Of a stretch of 64,000 nucleotides of DNA, positions 39,648 through 48,370 are shown in pieces. Origin of the DNA: a virus. Taxonomy: Duplodnaviria > Caudoviricetes. The DNA lies in IMG/VR virus record IMGVR_UViG_2824139951_000003, positions 1,313 to 65,312 of that record, one strand, 5' to 3'. The notes below the pieces were generated by a model. It made no database searches. It had not been told where the DNA came from and saw only the letters and a list, made by a program, of their open reading frames with translations. Numbering within the stretch: position 1 is the stretch's first letter; each line of letters begins with the position of its first letter. The position numbers and the translations under genes are program-made.

Positions 39648-39910
39648 GCTGGCTCCTTTATTCCTTGATCTACCTCGTCGTTGACGGGCACGCCGCTGAT
39701 TGGGCGCAGCCACGAATCACGCACACGAAACCGAGTGGCCATAGACCGCGCCCGACTTTTGCGCTTGACCGTTTCGAGTGGTTCTCGGCTCGTCGCCACC
39801 CATGCGGGGCTACCATCCCAAAATGGATCTGCGGCCTTCTCAACCGTCACGACGACACCAATCTGATAACCGCACACCACGTATGCCAAATCACCCGGCT
39901 TGCAGTTCAT
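39644..39910 (-). CDS. Hypothetical protein
   Basis: MNCKPGDLA...D.WLRPI motif common in betaproteobacterial phages. Confidence 0.7.
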   Translation of the reverse strand: MNCKPGDLAYVVCGYQIGVVVTVEKAADPFWDGSPAWVATSREPLETVKRKSRARSMATRFRVRDSWLRPISGVPVNDEVDQGIKEPA

Positions 39911-40641
39911 GCCGCTCTCCTCCGATCCTCGAGCGATTCGCCCGTCATGTCCTGCTGGAAGATCCTGCCGGCCGATCCCGCTGGCGCCTGAACCTGTCCA
40001 GCCGCAACCGCGAAGGGATTGCGCGCCGACTGTTTGCGGGTGCGGTAGATACGGCACGATTCAGTGTTGGTGAGTGGATCGGGCATCGGTGCATCCTCGC
40101 CTAGGCCAAGCACGTAGATCGGCGTTGGCTTGCCGCCGCTTGAGCGTCGATTCCATTTGACGATGTGAATCAGCCCCGCCTTATGGGCGATATTGATTTG
40201 TGCGTAGACAGTGGACGGATGCAGTGTCAGCGCTGCGGCAATGAAACGGCGATCGGACGGACCTTTCGCCATCTCACGTTCGATCAAGGTCCATGCGATT
40301 GCGGATTGACCGCGCGGGCAGTTGGGACGCTTGCCTAGACCGAGTTCGTACGCACGGTTCATGATCGCGAAGTAACTGCGACCGCCGAACAGATCCATGT
40401 GCGCCTTGAATCGCTCTCCGGTAGGCCAAAGACGGCGAATGTGCGCGTCTTCTTCTTCGCTCCACTCCGTAGACCGCACGCGCTTTCCGAGCTTCATGTA
40501 CTGGCCATGTTTCTCGATTGCGATGATCGTGCGCCCAGGGAGAAGGTGCGCCCAACTTTCGACTGGCGCACCCGAGTGCCAATGCTCGCGGATGACCGTG
40601 TTTTCGGGTTCTGTCCAGCGATTTTCGAATCGATTGCTCAT
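39907..40641 (-). CDS. Myb-like repeat/HTH protein
   Basis: Two WT/SEEE...GRS/T...I repeats followed by winged helix. Confidence 0.7.
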   Translation of the reverse strand: MSNRFENRWTEPENTVIREHWHSGAPVESWAHLLPGRTIIAIEKHGQYMKLGKRVRSTEWSEEEDAHIRRLWPTGERFKAHMDLFGGRSYFAIMNRAYELGLGKRPNCPRGQSAIAWTLIEREMAKGPSDRRFIAAALTLHPSTVYAQINIAHKAGLIHIVKWNRRSSGGKPTPIYVLGLGEDAPMPDPLTNTESCRIYRTRKQSARNPFAVAAGQVQAPAGSAGRIFQQDMTGESLEDRRRAA

Positions 40642-41141
40642 GCTGCCTCCGCAGGCGTTTTCCAATAGATGCTGTCGACGAGTTCCGCAACCTGCTGGAA
40701 CTCCGAAATCGTCAGCATGCGAATCTGTTGCGACCAGATCGATATCGCGTTTTCGACTGCGACTTGATCGGCTTTTGAAACGAACGTCAGAAGCCCCGTG
40801 CGGTTGAATTCCGGCACACAGCGATTCATGGCATCCTGCGCATTAGCAACAATGTCCTTTCCTTCGTGGCCGACACCTCCATTGCACATCGCCCACGACT
40901 GATTCAGAGCCTCTGCGAGGGCGTTCCAATGCACGCGGGTGCCGCGACATTGGCAGACCATCTCCAGCGCCGCCAGAACGCTCGTTTCCGACTCGGCGGC
41001 AAAGCTCTCGGGCATCTCGCTCTTTAGAACCTGCGAGCGCGCCAATGCGGTCACAGCAGACATCGGATCGACCTGCACTTTCGCAACGCTGGATCGGGCT
41101 TGTCTGGCCCAGCCCGGATGACCTTTTCGTCCTTTGCTCAT
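40638..41141 (-). CDS. Hypothetical protein
   Basis: 167 aa coupled ORF. Confidence 0.65.
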   Translation of the reverse strand: MSKGRKGHPGWARQARSSVAKVQVDPMSAVTALARSQVLKSEMPESFAAESETSVLAALEMVCQCRGTRVHWNALAEALNQSWAMCNGGVGHEGKDIVANAQDAMNRCVPEFNRTGLLTFVSKADQVAVENAISIWSQQIRMLTISEFQQVAELVDSIYWKTPAEAA

Positions 41142-41791
41142 GCCGACTCCCCAAAAAGTGCTGTCTGTTCCGCCTTCGGTGCTTCTGGCTCGAATAGCGA
41201 TGTCTGGCGCTGGGCGTCTTCGATGCGGCGACAGGCGATTTCGAAGTACTTGGGCTCGCGCTCGATGCCGATGAATTTGCGACCCATTTGGATAGCAGCC
41301 ACGCCCGTGCTACCCGAGCCCATGAAAGGATCTAGAATCACTGACGCCCCCCCCAATTGGTCTATGCACCACTTCATCAACTCAACCGGCTTTTGGGTCG
41401 GGTGCTCTTTCCGGTATGAAAGAACCGATTGGCGATACAACTTTGCTGGACCTTTCTTGTTCGTCCATGCCTGCTCGCACATCGCGAGCGAGAATTCTTG
41501 CGGCTGCATCTTGTCCCACACGAAGAAGCACTGCGCAGGCGGAAGTCCAAAATAGTTCCCACCCCACAGAACGGCGACCTCGCCAGCGTCGACACATGCT
41601 TTGATCAGATCTACATCAGGCGCGGAGGAATCCCAATCGAGCCTCTCGTGCATCTGGCGCACCGGGTTGGCGGCAATGCCAATGCCGTAGGGCGGGTCCG
41701 TGATTACGGCATCGACATGGGGCAGCGTGGCCAGAATCTCCCGGCAATCGCCCAGATACAGAGTCGCATCCCCGATAACAACCTTGCTCAT
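41138..41791 (-). CDS. Orphan DNA methyltransferase (N6A/N4C, beta class)
   Basis: ITDPPYG, HPTQKP, LDPFMGSGSTG, FIGIE. Confidence 0.93.
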   Translation of the reverse strand: MSKVVIGDATLYLGDCREILATLPHVDAVITDPPYGIGIAANPVRQMHERLDWDSSAPDVDLIKACVDAGEVAVLWGGNYFGLPPAQCFFVWDKMQPQEFSLAMCEQAWTNKKGPAKLYRQSVLSYRKEHPTQKPVELMKWCIDQLGGASVILDPFMGSGSTGVAAIQMGRKFIGIEREPKYFEIACRRIEDAQRQTSLFEPEAPKAEQTALFGESA

Positions 41792-41856
41792 CTCATCACC
41801 TCATTCGCAGTACTACGGACATTTGGAACTTCTGTGCTCTGTTTCATTTGGGGGGC

Positions 41857-43257
41857 TTACTGGAAGCCGCGCTTGTTGGTTTGCGGCTTTTCTTCTGGTT
41901 CTCCAAATCTCGTACCGGGCATCAGGTCGGCAAACATGGTCCTTTCGCCGATATATGCAGCGCCGATCGTTCCGGTAGGGCCGTTACGCTGCTTCGCGAT
42001 ATGAATCTCGCCAATTCCGCGATCACGCGTATTGGGGTTGTAGACCTCATCGCGGTAGAGAAAGAGCACGATGTCGGCGTCCTGCTCGATCTCACCAGAA
42101 TCCCGAAGATCGGAAAGCATCGGGCGTTTGTCGTGGCGCTCCTCGAGCTTCCGGTTTAGCTGGGCGAGCAAAACGACCGGCACCTCCATTTGCTTTGCAA
42201 GGGCCTTTAAACCGCGGCTGTTGGCTCCGACCTTTTCGTTGCGGGTGTTCCCTTCGCCATCAGCCATAAGGCCCAAGTAATCGACTACGATCAGTCCTAG
42301 ACCGTGTTGGCGCTTGACACGACGCGCGCGGCTGCGCATTTCCGCCAAACTGAGTGCTGGCTGTTCGTCAACGATGACCTCCAGATCGGTCACCTTTAGC
42401 GTGCCAGCCGTCAGGCGGTCGAAGTCTTCGTCGTTATCGAATTTGTGCCCGTCCAGGATCTTGTCGAGCGACAGACCAGAGGCGCGGGAAAGCGAACGGT
42501 TCGCTATTTCCTCGCCAGGCATTTCCTGAGAAAAGAAGAGAGTGGCACCGCCAACGTATGCCGCCGATTCAGCGACACCCAGGGCAATCGCCGTCTTGCC
42601 CATTGCGGGACGGCCGGCAATGACGATCAGTTGTCCTGGTCGCATCCCGCCGCCGAGCTTCGCATCAAGATCGCGCAGGCCCGTTGACAGCGTTTTGACC
42701 TTCGCTTCGCGACCGTGGTACTGGTCGTCAATGCGCTCGATGACCGGCGCGAGGAAAGCACGGATGTACTGAGGATCTTTGCTCGTCGTAACTACAAGCG
42801 GCTCAAACTTCGATTGCGCCTCGTTCAGAATCTGCTCGACAGTGCGGCCCTCGCGGTGATAGGCCATAGCTGCGATTTCATCGGCGGCCGAGATAATTCC
42901 GCGGAGCTTCCAGCGATCAATCACGATATCGGCATAGCGGCGGATATTTGCGGCGCTGGGCGAGTTCTGGGCAAGGCTGTTGAGGTAGGGCAGCCCCCCA
43001 ACATGATCGGCCTCATGCGAAGCCGTCAGGGCCTCGTAGACCGTGATGAGATCCGCGTGGCGGTTGCTGACGATCAGCTTCTGAATCGCGCCAAAGATCA
43101 CGCGATGGTCGTGACGGAAGAAGTGCTCGACGCGCAGATGGCCGATGCGATCGAAACCGTCGTTGTCATTCATCAGTGCGCCAAGGATGGACTGTTCGGT
43201 TTCCACCGACGCCGGCACTTCGCGACGTTGATCGAGGAATTGGTCAGGTGCGTTCAT
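41857..43257 (-). CDS. dnaB: Replicative DNA helicase
   Basis: GRPAMGKT, FSQEM, VVDYL, QLNR, SDLRDSG.IEQDAD, KQRNG. Confidence 0.96.
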   Translation of the reverse strand: MNAPDQFLDQRREVPASVETEQSILGALMNDNDGFDRIGHLRVEHFFRHDHRVIFGAIQKLIVSNRHADLITVYEALTASHEADHVGGLPYLNSLAQNSPSAANIRRYADIVIDRWKLRGIISAADEIAAMAYHREGRTVEQILNEAQSKFEPLVVTTSKDPQYIRAFLAPVIERIDDQYHGREAKVKTLSTGLRDLDAKLGGGMRPGQLIVIAGRPAMGKTAIALGVAESAAYVGGATLFFSQEMPGEEIANRSLSRASGLSLDKILDGHKFDNDEDFDRLTAGTLKVTDLEVIVDEQPALSLAEMRSRARRVKRQHGLGLIVVDYLGLMADGEGNTRNEKVGANSRGLKALAKQMEVPVVLLAQLNRKLEERHDKRPMLSDLRDSGEIEQDADIVLFLYRDEVYNPNTRDRGIGEIHIAKQRNGPTGTIGAAYIGERTMFADLMPGTRFGEPEEKPQTNKRGFQ

Positions 43258-44255
43258 TGTTCCTTCCGGTTGAATTGGCCGCCCGAAACTTTCGAGAAGC
43301 CGTCTCGGCCGATAAGCCAGTCAAAACCGCAGTGCGGCGGCACGTCAACATTGCCAGCCACCCACGGGAAATATCGCTGCCAGAAATCCGGATCCTTCGG
43401 GCGGAACCCGAGGAAATCCTCAATCGCCTGCGCACGCTCCGGACTGAAGACCGAATGGTCGATCTCACCAAGTGCCACACCCAGAGACGTGTTAAACGAC
43501 TCAATCACGGCGACCTGCTCATTCGTATGTGCTGCCAACGTGTATTCGTCCATCCATCCGCCGTCTTCCAGCCAGGATGACGGGTACGGGATGTACTGCT
43601 TGTCCAGCCACTCAACCGAAGTCTTGGCCCGCTCCAGTCCCGACATGATGTCGGCAAAGAGCTGCTCGTCCGGTTTGCATTTGGCCCAAGCCTTTTCCGC
43701 CGCCTTCTTGGACTTCTTCTTCGGATGGGCTTCCCAGAAGGAATCAAAGCGTTCGCGAAGCGAGCGCGAAAGATTGTCTTTTGGAGTTGTCTTTCCAGTG
43801 TCTTTTGAAGACGTATATTGTGGTTGCTCATTCAGCAACCCTAAATGTGCCGAATCAGCAACCCCCGGAGTTGCCGAATCAGCAACCCCCCGTTGCTCCT
43901 TCAGCAACGGTTGCTCTTTCGGCAACTGGGGTTGCTCTTTAAGCAACTCCCATTGCTTGTACTTCTTATTGATGCTGAGGCTATGCCCATGCACTCCGGC
44001 TGCGCGATGGATCACCTTTGCAGCCTCCAGTTCGCGGACAGTTCGGCTCAGATGCGCCTTGTCGATCCCGGTCATGGCGCTCAACTGCGACAGACCGATC
44101 TCGTCAGCCTTTTTGTTGAACCCGTACGTTTTCCGGATGATCGCCATAATGACTGCCCATTGCCTCGCTGTTAGACCCGCACCGATGAGCGCATCCAGAA
44201 GCTCGTTCGCGAGTCTGGTGTACCCATTCTCAAGTTGCGGAGATGCGTCTTGCAC
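43254..44255 (-). CDS. Replication initiator (lambda O-like)
   Basis: LENGYTRLANELL...RKTYGFNKK.D.I; contains iterons. Confidence 0.9.
   Translation of the reverse strand: MQDASPQLENGYTRLANELLDALIGAGLTARQWAVIMAIIRKTYGFNKKADEIGLSQLSAMTGIDKAHLSRTVRELEAAKVIHRAAGVHGHSLSINKKYKQWELLKEQPQLPKEQPLLKEQRGVADSATPGVADSAHLGLLNEQPQYTSSKDTGKTTPKDNLSRSLRERFDSFWEAHPKKKSKKAAEKAWAKCKPDEQLFADIMSGLERAKTSVEWLDKQYIPYPSSWLEDGGWMDEYTLAAHTNEQVAVIESFNTSLGVALGEIDHSVFSPERAQAIEDFLGFRPKDPDFWQRYFPWVAGNVDVPPHCGFDWLIGRDGFSKVSGGQFNRKEQ
43823..43947. repeat. Origin iterons: six ~17-bp GTTGC-N7-GCAAC palindromes
   Basis: Copies at 43823, 43846 (imperfect), 43870, 43892, 43910, 43931 inside O-like gene. Confidence 0.88.
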
Positions 44256-44264
44256 GCGAACGCC

Positions 44265-44687
44265 TTATTCAAATCCACGAAATTTTGACCACGCCAAAGG
44301 ATCGGCGCACTGAGAGAAGAAGTGACCCCGCTTCTCGTCAAGCTCCTTATCCTTGCCTTCGCAATAGTCCTTGTACTTGCCATCAATCTCCCAGTGCGGG
44401 TCCTCGCCAAAGCACTCACGGATGGCGAGGCCAATTTCCCCCAAAGACGCGCGGAAGAATTCACGCGACCGGCTGACGCGAGCATGGTCAAGTTCTTGAT
44501 GAACCTGACGCTCCGAATCTAGCGGGTTCTCGACCTGGATGTACATTGCCAACCAAAACGGCGTGGGGCAGGCCGTCGCCATCGACAGTTGCTCCATGCG
44601 CTCCAAGGGTGCCTTTTCGGTCATGCCAATTTTGTATATCCCTGGCATGGATGCGTTGCCGAGCACGTACACAAACCCGTAGGCCAT
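44265..44687 (-). CDS. GIY-YIG / T5orf172-domain protein
   Basis: GFVYVL.N.SMPGIYKIGMT, E..VH..L...RV...REFF. Confidence 0.88.
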   Translation of the reverse strand: MAYGFVYVLGNASMPGIYKIGMTEKAPLERMEQLSMATACPTPFWLAMYIQVENPLDSERQVHQELDHARVSRSREFFRASLGEIGLAIRECFGEDPHWEIDGKYKDYCEGKDKELDEKRGHFFSQCADPLAWSKFRGFE

Positions 44688-44864
44688 TTACTTCCCCTCA
44701 GTAACCTGTTTATTCCGAACCTGCTCTTCGTACGAACGAAGCTTGTTGATCGCATCGCGCGCCATCCAGACGAACGGCTCGGACTGGCAAAGCTCCATGC
44801 GATGCAGAAGTTCGAACACCTCGCCGATGAGCGGGTGGACGTGAAGAGGTGCGTTGGCATTCAT
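44688..44864 (-). CDS. Small hypothetical protein (58 aa)
   Basis: MNANAPLHVHPLIGE... read by hand; overlaps upstream stop and abuts next start. Confidence 0.5.
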   Translation of the reverse strand: MNANAPLHVHPLIGEVFELLHRMELCQSEPFVWMARDAINKLRSYEEQVRNKQVTEGK

Positions 44865-45220
44865 GCTGCGACTCCCAATGCGGCCAGTTGGGCCTTGAGC
44901 GCAATAATCTGTGCATCCTTAGACTTCTCCACCAGATCGCAACCCGTCATGATCGCGTCGTATTGAGCCGGCGCACGGTTTCCGCACAGATTCATCAGCT
45001 CGATGCGTTTGGTGTCTGGAAACCATGCCTTGCCCTGCATGATTCTGGAAAAGTGGCCCTTATCGATACCCAACTCGGCACACAGATACTCATGCGTGTT
45101 ACCCGAGAGTTGGATGCACAACCGGATCGCATCCAGACCATGTCGGCACTTCTGCACCAATTCATTCGGTGCGTTCTGAAGGCCGCGGGTCTCGGCGAGG
45201 AAAGGCATTTCCTTCTGCAT
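44861..45220 (-). CDS. CII-like HTH regulator
   Basis: LGIDKGHFSRIMQG HTH; position between cro and O. Confidence 0.65.
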   Translation of the reverse strand: MQKEMPFLAETRGLQNAPNELVQKCRHGLDAIRLCIQLSGNTHEYLCAELGIDKGHFSRIMQGKAWFPDTKRIELMNLCGNRAPAQYDAIMTGCDLVEKSKDAQIIALKAQLAALGVAA

Positions 45221-45334
45221 TTTTGACGTCCTATTGCGAATGCTTGCCTATGGTTGCGATTGGTTGACTATCCCTGTTGGGCGAAAAAAAACGATGATCT
45301 CGTCATCGCTACCCAAATTTGGACTGCTAACGTG

Positions 45335-45874
45335 TTAAACCAAAACTTTCGCCAGCTTCTCTTTCCCACTGGAACCGCCTGTGGGCGGCTGGGTGTCGTT
45401 TTCGATAGATTGAATCTCTTCCGCGCTAAAAATATCGAAAGCCAGATCATGCAGTCCGACAACTCCATCGGATCCCTTCCAAAGGGCAATCGTCATCTGT
45501 TTCAAATCATCCATGGCCATCAAGTATCGGTCTCGACTCAGATGGCGGATTTCTCCGAAAGAGTGATAACGAACTGCGGAATGCCAGAACGGATGATTAG
45601 CAAGAAGCGCGCGACCATAGGCGATCGCCTCGTTTTTTTCCCAGATCTTCGGGTTCGCTCGTCCGCGACGAGCATTGCAGGAGCGGCAAACCGGCTCTAC
45701 TGCGAGAGGATAGTTGTAATCCCTGTGGTCGTATTCAGTGGCTGCACGGCCACAATCGGAGCACGAATAGAGTTTGGGATCGCTAAGAATTCCTTTTTGC
45801 CTGGCACAATAAACCGCACTGCCAGCCAGCGAACCGCCGCTCCAATATCTGGTCCGCAAATATTGGTCTCTCAT
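45335..45874 (-). CDS. HNH-like Zn-binding protein inserted after cro
   Basis: CSDCG...YDHRDY..PL.VEPVCRSCN. Confidence 0.7.
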   Translation of the reverse strand: MRDQYLRTRYWSGGSLAGSAVYCARQKGILSDPKLYSCSDCGRAATEYDHRDYNYPLAVEPVCRSCNARRGRANPKIWEKNEAIAYGRALLANHPFWHSAVRYHSFGEIRHLSRDRYLMAMDDLKQMTIALWKGSDGVVGLHDLAFDIFSAEEIQSIENDTQPPTGGSSGKEKLAKVLV

Positions 45875-46138
45875 TTAAGCCACCATCTTCATCATTTTCG
45901 AACCATTAACATCCCCACCGGTCGGCGGCTGGGCATCATCACTAGCGGCCGGGCTTTCGGCCATCACCTGATCGAGCAGTCTCTGCAGTTTCATGACAAC
46001 CTCGTACGAAACTCGTTTGCCACGCCGACCGGTATGAATCGCGGATACAGTGGACTGATCAACGCCGCACCGACGTTCAATCTCCTTTTGCGTAAGACCG
46101 CGCCGGAGGAGTTCGGCAATGATGGTTTGTGCGTTCAT
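45875..46138 (-). CDS. cro: Cro-like repressor
   Basis: GLTQKEIERRCGVDQSTVSAI HTH; divergent from cI. Confidence 0.85.
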   Translation of the reverse strand: MNAQTIIAELLRRGLTQKEIERRCGVDQSTVSAIHTGRRGKRVSYEVVMKLQRLLDQVMAESPAASDDAQPPTGGDVNGSKMMKMVA

Positions 46139-46144
46139 GTCTCC

Positions 46145-46212
46145 ATGATATTGCATTTGTACTTGTGCCGCAAGTACCAAAGAACTGTTTGGGTGTATTA
46201 CGATTGCAATAT
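46145..46212. promoter_or_regulatory. OR region: pR, pRM and operators
   Basis: pR (minus) TTGCGG-17-TATCAT; pRM -10 TACGAT 8 nt before cI ATG; repeats resembling AGTACAwwTGCAATA also found at OL. Confidence 0.75.
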
Positions 46213-46971
46213 ATGAATACGTTTGGCGATCGTGTGCGCGAAAAGCGCGAAGAACTGGGGATGTCCCAAGAGGGCTTGGGCAAAGCGGCAGGTATTTCCC
46301 AATCGACTATTGCTCAGATTGAGCGCGGCAGGAACCAAGGGACAAAACACATCCTTTCACTTGCCCGGGCGCTTGGGGTTGATGCTGAGTGGCTCGAAAC
46401 CGGCCGTGATGCCAAGCATATCCCCGCTAAAACTGACGCCTCGGACATCGACCAAACCTGGGATCTGATGCGGCGTTTGCTTCCAGAGGACAAGGGTAAC
46501 GTCGTTGTCTGGGAGCGGCCCGAAGACCTTGAGCCGGATGAAAACCGGGTGTGGATCGACCGCTATGACTACCATTTTTCGGCGGGGACAGGGTTGATCC
46601 AGTGGGAAATCCGGGAGAAGAAGGCCCTCCCATTCGATGTAGGGTTCTTCAAAGCGCTCGGCTCCAGGCCGAAAGATTGCAAGCTTTTGACAGTGCGTGG
46701 CGATAGCATGGAGCCGTTTCTGTTCAACCGCGACATGATGATGGTCGACTCGACCAAGGTGAATGTGCGCGACGGCCAGGTCTATGCGATCTACTTCGAG
46801 GATGAGCCGCTGGTGAAGCAGGTATTCAAGCAGGTTGGGGGCGGCATCATGCTCCACTCATACAACGGGAAATACCCAGATCGCATAGTGCCGGCCGAGA
46901 GCATGGAACTGATTAAGATCGTCGGTGAGGTCATCTATCGGTCGGGATCGGCGATGGCGGGCGGCAACTAA
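46213..46971 (+). CDS. cI: CI-like repressor (HTH plus S24 peptidase)
   Basis: MSQEGLGKAAGISQSTIAQIERG; VRGDSMEP; LVKQ. Confidence 0.95.
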   Translation: MNTFGDRVREKREELGMSQEGLGKAAGISQSTIAQIERGRNQGTKHILSLARALGVDAEWLETGRDAKHIPAKTDASDIDQTWDLMRRLLPEDKGNVVVWERPEDLEPDENRVWIDRYDYHFSAGTGLIQWEIREKKALPFDVGFFKALGSRPKDCKLLTVRGDSMEPFLFNRDMMMVDSTKVNVRDGQVYAIYFEDEPLVKQVFKQVGGGIMLHSYNGKYPDRIVPAESMELIKIVGEVIYRSGSAMAGGN

Positions 46972-47252
46972 TGAAGATCACCACCGAGCAATTGACCGCC
47001 TACTTTGATTCGAAGGGAGCTAAAGGCGCATGCCCCATTTGCAGCACGGACAATTGGTCGGTAACACCCGTTGCCGGGCCGGATGGGGAAGTGCAGGCCG
47101 GTGAGATCGCCCTTGAGATCTCGACGCAGATGGTCCGATCACATTCGTGGGTTCCGGTGTTGCCGGTCGTCTGCCAAAACTGCGGATTCGTCAGGATGCA
47201 TCACACCTTCTGGATTCAAAAGTGGCTCGCGGAGCAAACCGATGGCGGCTAA
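46971..47252 (+). CDS. Zn-ribbon protein co-transcribed with cI
   Basis: CPIC...CQNCG; abuts cI stop. Confidence 0.75.
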   Translation: MKITTEQLTAYFDSKGAKGACPICSTDNWSVTPVAGPDGEVQAGEIALEISTQMVRSHSWVPVLPVVCQNCGFVRMHHTFWIQKWLAEQTDGG

Positions 47253-47643
47253 TAATCCACGCCAGATATATCAAATTTCGCCCAGGCCGCTAACTGTCGC
47301 ATCAGATGGTGCGCCAGTTGACGGCGGCGGCGGCGGCGGGGATGATGGCGGCATGGACGAACGCCTGAAATCTCTGGAGCACGCCGTGGCCGTCATTGAA
47401 GCGAAGTTGCCTGATCTCGCCACCAATGATGGCGTCGAGTCGCGCTTGGCGAAAACCGAGACAAAGATCATCCTGTGGATCGTGGGCGTCGCAATCGCCA
47501 GCGGTGTTGCGGGACGATTCCTTGCGGGCGCGCCGACTGCGGCGCCAGCACCCAGCCAGGTTCCGATAGTGATTCAGGTTCCGGCTGCAGTCCCAACTCC
47601 CGCCGCTCCCACCGCCGCCCCGCCGCAACAACATAAGCCATGA
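47242..47643 (+). CDS. Single-TM coiled-coil membrane protein
   Basis: GGGGGDDGGMDERLKSLE...IILWIVGVAIA; Pro/Ala tail; start 47242 or internal Met. Confidence 0.7.
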   Translation: MAANNPRQIYQISPRPLTVASDGAPVDGGGGGGDDGGMDERLKSLEHAVAVIEAKLPDLATNDGVESRLAKTETKIILWIVGVAIASGVAGRFLAGAPTAAPAPSQVPIVIQVPAAVPTPAAPTAAPPQQHKP

Positions 47644-47816
47644 CGACAAAACGGGACCTCTTTTCGGAGCTCAGGGATGGTATGGATGCGCTCCGTGCCG
47701 AGCGAGAAGGCGGTCCGCAACTCCGCAGGGTCATCGTGGAGGCTGCTCAAGAGACGCCTCGCATGTACTTCGCGCCTCTTGGCCGTCTCTGGCGTTTTAT
47801 CAAGTCTCTGGCGTAA
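47640..47816 (+). CDS. Small hypothetical protein (58 aa)
   Basis: MTTKRDLFSELRDGMDAL...; ATGA coupling. Confidence 0.55.
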   Translation: MTTKRDLFSELRDGMDALRAEREGGPQLRRVIVEAAQETPRMYFAPLGRLWRFIKSLA

Positions 47817-47882
47817 GCCAGCTTTGAGTCTGCCGCACTAGGTGCGACAGCCGCCCGCGAATCGGGCGTAGTTATCCCCCCC

Positions 47883-47908
47883 AAGCCCGCCTCGCGCGGG
47901 CTTTTTTG
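47883..47908 (+). terminator. Terminator of immunity operon
   Basis: aagcccgc-ctcgc-gcgggctttttt. Confidence 0.8.
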
Positions 47909-47946
47909 CGTCTAGCTGTCACCCCACACGAAATATTAGAAATTAA

Positions 47947-47988
47947 ATCGCGAATGTACTTGACCTCGTCGAGTACATTTGCAATACT
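47947..47988 (+). promoter_or_regulatory. pL promoter with OL operators
   Basis: TTGACC-17-AATACT; gagtacatttgcaata and inverted atcgcgaatgtactt resemble OR repeats. Confidence 0.78.
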
Positions 47989-48031
47989 TCATCTCATGCA
48001 AGCAACACATCGCAACGAACCGGGAGCAGAG

Positions 48032-48370
48032 ATGAGCCAACCGACGATTGTTCCTGCTCTGGAAAAGTTCATCGCAACGCGAGACAAGCGGAACACGAAG
48101 TACGACTGCCTGCGTAGCGGTGACCGCCTCGCTGGCACATTCAAGGAACTGATCGAGAAGGGTTCCGTGACGATGGGTGGCCGAACCACCTGCGGATCAT
48201 ATCTTGACCCGACTTGGGCAACCTTCTGCATGTGGAACGAGATCATCGCCAAAGCCCAGAGGCTCGGTTACCGAATAGAAGTGACGAGCGTGAAGCATGG
48301 GAACAAGTCGCCGACGACGTCCGGTGGATTCTGGAACGAAAACGTGTACACGATGCAGGAAGCAACATAA
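48032..48370 (+). CDS. Hypothetical protein, first early-left gene
   Basis: GGAG RBS, 112 aa. Confidence 0.65.
   Translation: MSQPTIVPALEKFIATRDKRNTKYDCLRSGDRLAGTFKELIEKGSVTMGGRTTCGSYLDPTWATFCMWNEIIAKAQRLGYRIEVTSVKHGNKSPTTSGGFWNENVYTMQEAT

Noticed and set aside
41138-41791. Restriction-modification system
   Set aside because: No adjacent restriction endonuclease; orphan phage methyltransferase
43823-43947. Novel repeat array
   Set aside because: Explained as origin iterons inside the O-like initiator, as in lambda
42715-44313. 532-aa plus-strand ORF
   Set aside because: Antisense shadow of dnaB and O; same for other long antisense ORFs such as 58558-60012, 53718-54638 and 45254-46216
47323-47352. 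GGC-rich run as a second guide tract
   Set aside because: Period is 3 nt and it encodes a poly-Gly stretch in a CDS
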